The notes below the pieces were generated by a model, which saw nothing but the letters and a program-made list of their open reading frames with translations, did not search any database and had not been told where the DNA came from. A stretch of DNA of 46,245 nucleotides from Patellaria atrata CBS 101060 (Eukaryota). Within the stretch, counting starts at the first letter, position 1; every line of letters starts with the position of its first letter. The position numbers and the translations under genes were made by a program. The DNA is taken from NCBI GenBank assembly GCA_010093705.1, contig MU006105.1, forward strand, positions 115,750-161,994. Direction: 5' to 3'. This document shows, piece after piece, positions 36,020 through 46,245 of the stretch.

Positions 36020-38486
36020 ATGGATTCCCCGCGCTCCTCCAAACGCCGCCGCACCTCCCCTCTACCACAGACATCTTCCCCCTCTACTTGCGCAAAACGG
36101 ACTCCCGCACCACGAACGCAGACTCCCGGATCTCTCAGACGACCGACCAGGCGAGGTAGTAAGTTATTATCGCTTAGCCAAGTATTGCCGGCCAATGGTG
36201 TGGGACCTACGATAGATGACGGGGAGGAAAATGCACCTAGTAATAGTCGAGGTTCGTTGCGGAGTCGAAGCAGTAGAGGGGAGATATTAAAGGATAGCGC
36301 AGAGCATAATGAAAAGGGAAAGGATGTATATGATGACATTGAAGGCGCTTTGGATGTGGACCAGGGGAGAACTAAGGCAACTCCTGGGAGAACAAGTAAT
36401 GGGACGAAAAGTCCGGAGAAGAGAACGGTGGGGCGCACCACGTATAGGGAGCGGTTCGAGAAGATGAAGCAGATTTTGGAGAGTGGGTTGCGCATGGCAC
36501 TGACGAAGCAGACGAAAGAACACGAAGGCGAAGAGTTAGTGGATGAGGATGAGGAAGATGAATTAGTGCAGGCGGTGACGCCTTCGAAACGGAGGAGAAA
36601 CAGTCAAGAGGAGGAACCTGAAGCGGATGAGATGATAACCTCATCCAAAAAAGGGAGAAAGGGGGCGGAGGTTGACGATGTAGATGGGTTCGTACATGAA
36701 GATAGGGAGGATCCGCGCGTCGATGAGGAGGATGAGTTAGCGCCGAATACTACGTCGTCTAGATCAACAAGGGGAAACACTAGAACACAAATGTTGTTGG
36801 AAGCTGAGAAAGAACCAGTTGCGTCTCCGGTAAGGTCGACACGGAAACGGAACTCTCGCACGAAGATCATCCCAGAGGAACCTACAGTGTCTGATGAAGA
36901 AGATCCTCCAGTCAATGGTGTTATTGTGGGTGACAGCGACATGAACTTGCCACAAACGGCAGGATTTATGTCAATAAGGGATAAGTCTAAAGCGTCCTCG
37001 AAGGTCAATGGTTTCCATACGGGCCCTGAATATACAGTGGATAATGTATCAGCACCATCTGCATCTGAAACTAGCTTTCATCTTCTTCAGCGGCTTGTAC
37101 TCGAAAAGATAACAGGGAAGCGTTCAATCCCATTGACCGGACTAGAAGATGAGTACACTAAGGTCTATCAGCTTCTTGAGCAGACCGTAGTTTCGGGAGA
37201 AGGGAACTCGATGCTCCTCATTGGCGGTAGAGGGAGTGGAAAAAGCTCTCTAGTCCGCAAATCCATTGCTGAGCTATCTAAAGCTCAAAAGGAGAATTTT
37301 CATGTCATCAACCTCAATGGTTTCATTCATACAGACGATAAATTAGCTCTACGTGAGATCTGGAGGCAATTGGGAAGAGAGATGGAGATCGAAGATGACT
37401 CCCTTAGCAAGAATTACGCGGATACGCTGGCTACACTGCTAGCATTGCTGTCCCATCCTTCGGAGATAGCAGGAGAGGAATCTGATAAAGTTGCTAAAGC
37501 TGTTCTGTTCATCATGGATGAGTTCGATCTGTTTGCTTCACATCCCCGTCAGACACTATTGTACAACTTGTTCGATATCGCTCAGTCGAGGAAAGCACCT
37601 GTCGCTGTTCTTGGGCTCACCACTCGTATTGACGTGACAGAAAGTCTTGAGAAGCGTGTCAAAAGTCGGTTTAGTCACCGATATATCCACATATCTTTAC
37701 CGAAAAGCTTTTCTGCCTTCAAGGAGATTTTTAAGGCGGCGTTGCAAGTACGACCAGAAGAGCTCAATGTAGAAGAAAGGGCTCTCCTATCTACCCCGTT
37801 AGAGCGACAAGAGAAGAGAAAGAAAGCGTCGAAAGAGCCAATATCCTTGCTAGCATCTTGGAATTCCTCAATAGACGTATGTCCTCCCTCACTCATCTCA
37901 CATACCCCCAGCTAACCAACTTCAGTCCCTCCTCTCAAACCTCGACTTCCAACAAAGCCACCTACACCCCATCTACGCCACCACAAAATCTATACCGGCC
38001 CTTCTCTCCTCCCTGTATCTTCCGGTAGCCGCTTTGACTCCCACTTCCCCACTCCTGAACCCCACAACCGTTGATTCTGTCCCAGCTCTCGTGGCCCCGC
38101 AATCCAATCTTTCTCTCCTCTCCCTCTCAGACCTCGCACTTGCCCTCCTCATCGCCGCCGCTCGCCTCGACATCATCCTCGACACGGACACCTGCAACTT
38201 CCTACTGGCGTACAACGAGTACGTCGCCCTCGCGTCGAAAGCACGCATACAGTCTGCCGCATCTGGCGCGCTGGCAGGTGGGACGCGAGTGTGGGGAAAG
38301 GATGTTGCGAGAAGGGAGTGGGAGACTTTGGTATCGTTGGGGTTATTGATGCCGGTAATAGGGACGGGAGGGGGCGCGATAATAGGGGAGAGGGCCATGG
38401 TGAGGTGTGATGTTGCACTGGAGGAGATCGGTGAGGCTTGTAGAGGGATGGATAGGGTTATGACAAAGTGGTGTCGGCAGATATGA
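36020..38486 (+). CDS. ORC4: Origin recognition complex subunit 4
   Basis: EGNSMLLIGGRGSGKS (Walker A), LNGFIHTDD, MDEFDLF...RQTLLYNLFD, LEKRVKSRFSHR; intron 37877-37925 joins the winged-helix C-terminus (ORF 38034-38486). Confidence 0.93.
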
Positions 38487-39265
38487 AGGGTATTGCCGGA
38501 ATTTCTATTTATATTGATCTCATGGGATATTGTGAGCACGTCTGTTAAACGATTTTAATCAAGTTTGACTAGGAGAGTTTGAGCATGGCTATATATACAT
38601 TATATAATATTCACATATCATATTAGCTCCTAATCCCCCTCTATCCACGGTTGGGAGCGTCTGGGCTCTGTACACTTGCCACACACGTATGGACATACTT
38701 CCATGATGAAGCCACTAATGGATGACATTCGTAGTACAGTTCACGGCTCTACACAGTACAACTATGTTACTTTGCACAGTTAAGTCACCGGTTTGCCCCG
38801 TCCGCCGTCGCTAACAGTACTCGGTCACTAACTACTAGGTGTACGGTAGAATGAAGGTGTACTGTACATTCGAAGATGCTGATGATATCAATTCGCCGTA
38901 CAACCTAAGCGTTTGTACAGTATAACCTTTTCGTCTTCCGTAGTCTAACGATTTCATTCAGCCTTGGACCAAATTATTAGCAGCCCTCGCTCAGTATGTA
39001 CTCGCTGTACAGGTCTCGGTTTGCTCCCAAAACATCGGAAATTTGCGACTCCCGGAATAGAGTTCTGTTTAACCTCCGTATAGCTTGCAGTTAATGTACA
39101 GCCTAGTTGATCATGTACATTAGAGTCAGAGGCTCCTTTGTGCAGACCGTACAGCGTGCCGGTAGAAATTTAGTTTAGGGGGTTCGTACAGCTTGCGGTT
39201 GCTCGTATATTTAGTTATCATACTCAGCGGAGCCAGAGGCCGTCATTAATAAGAACAACTGTAGA

Positions 39266-41173
39266 TCAATCCAGATATATCAATAAAGGAAATGGGATTA
39301 TATGTTCAAAGATCGTGAATCCACCGAGCTCGCTCTCCTTTTCTCTATACAACAATATCCAATACCCATGAATAACATCAGCTAAGATAATAAAAACTAG
39401 AGTACCACCTAGGGTATAGATAGAAGCTGTACGGATAATATAAACTGAAGCGCCCTGTCCGCGAGATGTCTGTAGTGGTGGTGTATCGGGTAGCCGTATG
39501 CTCGCATAGGCATCTACTATCTTAGCGATCTTCTGTACATCAGTAACATCGAAGAAGATGATAATCGGCTTCATCTCTCTTATCGAGCTTAACTCACCGA
39601 ATTTCGGTATGAAGTAGAGCATCCACTGTTTCTCCTCGGTAAACGTATGGTACTACTTTCCACGTATTCGAGCTACCTCTCTACATCTAGAAATGATGTA
39701 CAACCGCGAAAAAGGAGCGTGACAGTGGAGGTCTCTTCGCGTGCGCAACGCGCTTTCCTCGTCCTCAATCAAAAATACCCCTCCCACACATGCGATATCT
39801 CGAATCTCCGGGTGGGGTTCGCTCGCGATTACGATCAAACTGCCTTCTCTCAACTAGTCGGGGTTGATACTCTTTCTCAGGAACCTTTGCATTCTCCTCT
39901 TTACCCTTCACTATCTCAGCTAGGTGCGGTGAATTTTCTTTCCCGACAGTTTTCCCTACCGCTTCTTCCCCCTTCCCATTTTCAGCCCCAAAGACAATCA
40001 GCCTCTCCGTAAGCGCCATCTCGATAGTACCTGAAATCTCCTTCTTTAACCCCTCAAGTGAATCCTTCTGCTCCCTCTTCTTTCCACCCCCTTTACCCAA
40101 CCAGTCATGCGTAAAATCTCTCTTTCTATCGAGTGACACGAGCCACTCTTCAGTGCTCTCATTCCGAGCGCCTTCCGTTACTTTGTTCTTTACCTTTTTC
40201 TCTGGACTTTCACCTGTCAGATCGACCAGTTCAATCTCTTTTCCGGTCACATAACCCTTTCCCTTCTCGTTCTCTTCCTTCCTCTTCTTCTCCCCATCAC
40301 CGTTCTCCTGACGCCTTGTACCATAGATCATTCCCCCGCCTTCCCATTCCTTATCCATCCGCACCCTCTTACTCGGTGGACTATGGCACTCATTGGTCAG
40401 ATCAATCAACTCGCTCTCCCGCCTCCTTTTCAGCTCACTCTCTACTCTGTGTGTTATATCTTGAGAATGGACGTCATTCCTGCGCCTTTGCTTCGCTTTG
40501 TGCAGCTCGGTGGCCTCTCTCATTTTGAATTTGATCTCCGCTCTTTGCTGGATGACAGCTTGGATCTTGCGCACATTGTGGAGAACCTCTACCGCCTTGT
40601 CTCCCCATTTCTGGATCGAATGCTGTTCCTATATACGATAACCGTCTGCATCCCATCGATGTGATGGGTCCGGTGGGTTAGGAAGGTTGTGTTCAGGGCT
40701 GGGTGTGAAGTAACCTGGAGCGATATACACACCACTGACATATATATTTTGAACAGGCGGGATATACGCAGTACCGATATATATGTTCTGGACGGGTGGG
40801 ATGCGCGAGGGGTTGTCATGAGATTGGTGGCCAGGGTTGTGCGCAGGGGAAGCGACCCTGGTGGAAGCGGGGGGGTTATACGTGCTTTTACTATTTCTGT
40901 TCGTAGGGGAGAGGATGGACGACGTAAGTACGGATCTTGGGGGACCTGCAAATACGGAGTTTAATAGTATGACTGCGGTGCACTAGGACCGGTCGGGACC
41001 CGCGTGAGGTTCACGTGGGATGGATCGGCGACGTCGCGTGGATCCAGTGGAGAGGGAGGCGGTCTGGCGGTATAGGGAGATGAGTACACGCCATTGATGG
41101 ATTGAGTAGATGGCTTCGCGGGGAGTTGATGTACGATTGGTGTTGGTTGGGTCATTGAGGGTTCTGGCTTCAT
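39266..41173 (-). pseudogene. Decayed or unusually spliced lineage-specific gene; charged/disordered, no recognised domain
   Basis: Collinear minus-strand ORFs. The 39765-40574 frame extends upstream through a single TAG (40631-40629); ORFs 39653-39853 and 39266-39622 are in one frame separated by a single TAG. Confidence 0.45.
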
Positions 41174-41699
41174 GTCGAGCGTAAACTGGATTCCAATAGT
41201 TCTACCGATCCGACCTATCTGATATTCTCTGAGATATCCAGCTCTTCCCTCCATATATATGGATAAGACCTTATTAAGATAATTGATGCAACGTGGGTTA
41301 ATGAGAGCAGTTGTTTATGCCCCTTGATGGAGCCATCGCGTCGCCGATTCAAAGTTCTAGCAGAGACAGTGTTAGTTCGCGGGAACCAACGTGATGTGAT
41401 GTAGCTAAGGTCAAGCTCTAGCATGTCACGAAATCACGTGGTAAGCAAGAAAGGAGCAATTAAAGGGGTAAAAGGGATTGGACGAAAGTGAATCATATAT
41501 GTACTGTACCTAGTAGCTTTCAAGTAAATTGGCGCTCTCAGTTTGAAAAGAAGGACAGATAATGATACGTATTGATCCTGAACATACATTCGTCCATCCG
41601 ATCTTAAACTATATGCAATAATGTACTTCAAAGTCTATAAGGTGATATCAAAAAATTTCACGTATGCACCTTCATTAAACTACTTCATGTCATCCTGTT

Positions 41700-44671
41700 T
41701 TACAACTTACTTCCCCCCTCCAGCAACTCCGCACCAGCACCTGTAATGCACAACTTCCCAGTCTCGGCCACCTTCACCTGAAAGATAACCCTATTCCCAA
41801 CCTTCCACATCTCGGTCTTGAGCGTCTGTCCGGGTAAGACCGTACCGGCGAACCTCACCTTGATATTTTTGAACGGGCCGAATGTCCGCACGACATGCTT
41901 ACCCGCGATACCGAAGAAGCACAAACCGTGCAAAATCGGTACCTTGAACCCACCGACCTTCGAGAACTCAGGATCAATGTGCAAGGGATTCCGATCCCCG
42001 GAAAGACGGTATACCGCCGCCTGCTCATCGGTGGTCTTCTCCTCGATTGAGGCGTCAGGGGCTCGGTTAGGCGGCGTGTACACTCTCGTAGCATTACCCC
42101 TATCCTTGCCCTTCTTGGGTCCGCCGAAGCCGCCTGAGCCGCGGATGAAAACAGAGCTCTCGTTATAAAAGAGATCTTCACCTGTGGCGGCATCCTTGGT
42201 AGTGGTGCCGGAGACAACAACAGCGGCTGCGCCCTTGTCGACGACCTCAACTAGTTTGAGGTACGACATCAGCTTGCCTTCCGTGGGAATGGGGAATTTG
42301 CGAATCTCAAGGTACTGCTCGCCGTGAAGGAGCATCATAGGGGAGAAGTTGGGAACGATCTCCCCGATGTTGTAAGGAGGTACAGCATTGAAAGGCGGGA
42401 TCACACCGAAGGTAGGGAGTACTTGGAATGAGTCATGGTTTTCGTACACATAAGCTAGGTCGGTACGTTTGGCGCCGATACCAAGATCTGTTGATTGAAA
42501 TTAATATTGATAACATCAAGTGACTTTCACATGATTGCAACTTACTGTAGAGAATAACATCCCGCTCATCATACGTAAATTCGGTACCTTCTGCCTTGGC
42601 CTCTTGCGCAGCCTTGATCTTACTATTGTAGTCTTCCTCAGACCCTTCTTCAGCGTCTCCGGCGTTCGAGACCTGAGCCATGATCTTTGTAGAACCATCC
42701 GCAGGTGTTTCCGGCCAATCTGCGCGCTCATCGAAGGTAATGATGCGTTCCCACTTCTCCTTGACCATCTCCGGTGTAATAGTAGCGCTAAGGGGGAATT
42801 GATGACCACCAGTACGCTGAAATCGTGTCCTTCCTTGCCAACCGCTACCAGTTTCGTAAAGCTTGCCAGTTGGATCCTTAGGGATTTTATCGGAGCACAA
42901 AGCGAGCACTAAAGGCGCTATGTAGTCTGGCTTGAACGCTTGAACCAACTCCTCAGGCAAGATAGATCTAGTCATCTGCGTACCAGCGTTAGGAGCAATT
43001 GTGTTGACGTAGATGTTGTACTTGGCACCTTCGAGAGCTAGAGCTCGCGAGAAACCCAAGATGGCGCATTTGGCTGCTGAGTAATTTGCTTGACCGAAGT
43101 TGCCGTAGATACCACTTGTACTAGTGGTGTTGACAATCCGGCCATATTTCTGCTTTAGCATATGCGGCCATGCTGCTTTGGAGCATTTGTAGGTAGCTCT
43201 CGCGTGAACGTCCATGACAGGGTCCCAGAGCTCATCTGTCATGTTATGGAACGCCTTATCCCGTAGGATTCCGGCATTGTTAACAAGTATATCGATACGA
43301 CCGTATGCGTCAATAGCACTTTTGACAACAGCATCGCCGTCAACGGCATTTGCTTTGTTTCCGACTGCTTGGCCACCAAGCTTCTGGATCTCTTGGACAA
43401 CTGCGCCAGGATTTACAAAATCATTGACAACAACCTTTGCGCCTAAAGCAGCAAATTGAAGCGCGTATGCGCGGCCTAGACTGTGCAATTATTAGCTTGA
43501 ATATTGAATAAGTTTACTATCACAACCACTTACCCTGCACCGGCTCCAGTGATGACTACTACCTTATCCTTGAAACTGATCTTCTCGCCAGTCGAGTTCT
43601 TCGATATTTTTTGTGACTCCTCAAGTAACTCTAGGAAATTCGCCGGACCTTGTGGATACTCAGCCTCCGAGAAGTCGTTAACCTTATCCCATCCGGCTAT
43701 TACGGAACCAGGAGTCAAGCTACTGTCCGCTTTGAGTAAAAGGCCTTTAGACCGCTCCCATCTGATCTTAGCCTGGTGACCTGCACCGACCTCAAAGATA
43801 GAACCAGTTTCAGTAGTATTGGAAGAATGTACGAGAACTGCGACAAGCGGAACGATGCGATCTGGTTTGAGTGCGGACAAGACCTCCGGCGGCATGACAG
43901 TCTCTGTCATTCGACTAGCAGCGATAGGAGCGATACAGTTTACGAGGATATTGTATTTCATGCCTTCCTTAGCTAGAGTCTCTGAGAAGCCAACTTGAGC
44001 TAATTTGGCAGCTAGAGTACGTCAGCTTGGATTCTCCACCATGTTCCGAGGGCAAGGTTACCGGAATAGTTGCATTGCCCGAAGCTTCCAAAGAGACCTG
44101 CGACTGAAGCAGTGTTGATAATGCGACCATATTTTTGCTGCCTCATATGTGGCCAGGCTGCTCGAGCACACTGCGCAATGTCAACATCCGATTGTGTAGT
44201 TATAGTTCACCTAGGATCACGAACCTTGTATGCACCCTTTACGTGGACCTTAAATATGAGGTCCCAATCTTGATCTTTCATGTTCTTAAAGCTGACATCC
44301 CTTAGGATACCAGCATTATTGAGCAACACATCAACTCGTCCGAACGCCTTGATAGCCGTATCGATAATAGCTTCTCCGTTGGAAACATCGTCGTAGTTAG
44401 CGACAGCCTTTCCACCCTTGGATTTAATCTCTTCAACAACGGCATCAGCGGCCTGGCATAATGTGTCAGTATGGTTGACGTGTGGATGTCAAGCTGTCAC
44501 ATTGCTTACCTTGGACCCGCTACCTTCACCCTTGAAAGAGCCTCCTAGATCGTTCACTACTACATTCGCACCTCTCGATGCAAAAAATAGCGAATATGCT
44601 TTCCCCAAGCCTCCTCCTGCACCTGTCACTACGACCGTCTGGCCGTCGAAACGTAGCTCTTGAGCTCCCAT
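41700..44671 (-). CDS. FOX2: Peroxisomal multifunctional beta-oxidation enzyme (hydratase-dehydrogenase-epimerase)
   Basis: Two SDR domains (TGAGGGLG / [27 protein letters not shown]), MaoC hydratase [15 protein letters not shown]-terminal PTS1 SKL; five introns. Confidence 0.96.
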
Positions 44672-44883
44672 GATGTCAGATCTGCAATGATGCGAGAGAA
44701 TAAAGGAGCGTCAAACGTTATCTCAAGCACAGCGAACAATAATATACAAAGTATGGTAGATAGAAGGTCGAGGGAGTAGATATACCGAGTGAACTGGAGG
44801 AGAGGGAAGCACGAGCTGGGGTTGAAAGTGCGTAATGCATCGCTTTCATCAATCGGCTGTACTTTGAAGGCCGAGCGAAAGTG

Positions 44884-44889
44884 CCGAGG
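44884..44889. promoter_or_regulatory. CCGAGG (=CCTCGG) FarA/FarB-type element in the FOX2 promoter
   Basis: About 213 bp upstream of the FOX2 ATG; this element is established upstream of beta-oxidation genes in Aspergillus. Confidence 0.55.
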
Positions 44890-45169
44890 TTGACATGGGA
44901 CGAGAAAGAAGTTCGTGCTTCTTGCCAGTGTGGCCAACGATCCGTATCGATAAGGTATTAGTATTCTCGGTATTTCATCGGTATTGTATCGAATATCATA
45001 ATACCTTAACAATACTCTTGGCATTTTAAGATTTTTTAATATTCTTTAGAATTCAACTAAAATATTATCGTTTTCTTAGAAATTTAATTAAAATAAAGAT
45101 ACTCTTCGTACGAAGGGATTATATAGCTATGAATAACATCTATAGCTGTTCTAAGATAGAAGGCACGAG

Positions 45170-45226
45170 GGCGTGCCTACGTGCCTGCCTGTCCACCTGT
45201 CTACTGGCCCACCTGCCTACCTGCCA
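45170..45226. repeat. Short CCTG/CCTAC-rich degenerate repeats; possible subterminal repeats of the hAT element
   Basis: GTGCCTACGTGCCTGCCTGTCCACCTGTCTACTGGCCCACCTGCCTACCTGCC lies at the border of an AT-rich tract. Confidence 0.4.
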
Positions 45227-45360
45227 ATTTGTATAAAATACATCTTTTTTTTGAATTTCTCTTCTTCTCTTCTTCTCTCCTTCTCAATCTTTGATTTTAG
45301 TAACTCAAAGTGTAAGTACTCAGCTTAAACCTATCGTACGAAGGCTAATAAGACTATAGT

Positions 45361-45892
45361 ATGGCCAATACGCAAGTAGTTCTCTATAACCCAGCGATCA
45401 CGGCTGCCGCTCACGCGAACCGCAACCCGGTGCTACTCGTAACACAGCAGCAATTGGCTCCGTGGTGTCACAGCCCACAGAATAGAGCACTTCTGGCCGT
45501 CGGTGGAGGTGTTGATGTTGAGTTCGTACGTGACTCTATCACACCGAGCAGATTGGATCTCATAGGCAGTCATATGTCAATGGGATTCTTATCCAGTCTC
45601 GTGGAGGTGACGTTGATCCTTGTGCGGCTTGTCGTACGAGAGATTTCCGTCCCTTCCTTAGTTGTCACCGCGCTGAGGGACACTTTGGCGGAACATGCGC
45701 CAACTGCAAATGGCGCGACCATACAGCACGCTGTTCCGTACGAGCTGGTGGTCCAGATAAGCCTGCTCAAGGAGCCAGGGTGCTTGGACCTGGTTCAGGG
45801 GTTGACGGAGCTGACGGCACCGCCCCTGGGAATGCTATTGTGCTGGATGACGATGAGGGGCTACTCCCCAAAATGCTATAATCATTGGTTGA
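45361..45892 (+). pseudogene. DUF3716-like Cys-rich protein gene, frameshifted
   Basis: Restoring one base near 45546 gives ITPEQIGSHRQSYVNGILIQSRGGDVDPCAACRTRDFRPFLSCHRAEGHFGGTCANCKWRDHTARCSVR, matching the DUF3716 pattern (IQSRG..CxxC..PF..C..FGG.C.NC.W....C). A second shift is likely near 45860. Confidence 0.7.
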
Positions 45893-46029
45893 GCAGAGCT
45901 TCGTACGAAGTATTCTTTGGCGTTTAAGCGTTCTGGCGTTTCGGTGTTCTGCTTTGCCTAGCTATCCAGGGCTGTTGGTAGCACTCAGACGTGATCTGTA
46001 CCTTTACGTGTGTCTGAGATCAGTAGCCA

Positions 46030-46245
46030 TTAGGTGAAACTAAACAAATCGTACGAACCTTTCAATAAATTTTTTTGTTTTGCCCAATGTTTAAGACATT
46101 CAGTATGTTCTAACTCTCTTGAACTTAAGCGTGATCTTTCCCATGATACCGTACGACGAGCTGCTGAAAACACTCGTTCTGGTTCATCGCTCATTGCTGG
46201 AATTGAGAGGATCTCAATTGCAAGTATAGATAATCGTGGAAACCG
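46030..46245 (-). mobile_element. hAT-superfamily transposase C-terminal dimerisation domain (3' end of gene; rest lies beyond the window)
   Basis: Open minus frame from 46245: RFPRLSILAIEILSIPAMSDEPERVFSAARRTVSWERSRLSSRELEHTECLKHWAKQKNLLKGSYDLFSFT*, containing the hAT signature P.L..LA...LSIPA.S...ERVFS. Not in the supplied ORF track. Confidence 0.92.

Noticed and set aside
45361..45927. 188-aa ORF as a genuine intact protein
   Set aside because: After ~45546 it leaves the frame that carries the Cys-rich DUF3716-like motif; the long ORF is a frameshift artefact.

Overview
Filamentous-ascomycete (Pezizomycotina-type) nuclear DNA with GT-AG introns and CTRAC branch sites. The core is a block of housekeeping genes: aspartate aminotransferase, Zn2Cys6 TF, two intron-containing tRNA-Leu genes, RING E3, Rrn11-like, BTB protein, CHIP, Hrq1, AcpS-type PPTase, SDR, class II chitin synthase, Orc4 and Fox2. 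The left flank (1-6.4 kb) holds a Tc1/IS630-type transposon abutting a LINE RT/RNase H fragment, a probable solo LTR, a dispersed variant 5S rRNA and three decayed genes. The right flank (45-46.2 kb) holds the C-terminus of a hAT transposase, missed by the ORF track, facing a frameshifted DUF3716-like Cys-rich gene, with CGTACG palindromes strongly clustered across this stretch. The best leads are (1) this putative hAT element with an accessory gene, (2) a PTS2-bearing N-terminal extension of the aminotransferase with an upstream FarA-type site, (3) tandem near-identical tRNA-Leu genes with different anticodons, and (4) stop-free 3n introns in the chitin synthase. All family assignments come from motif recognition by eye; no searches were run.
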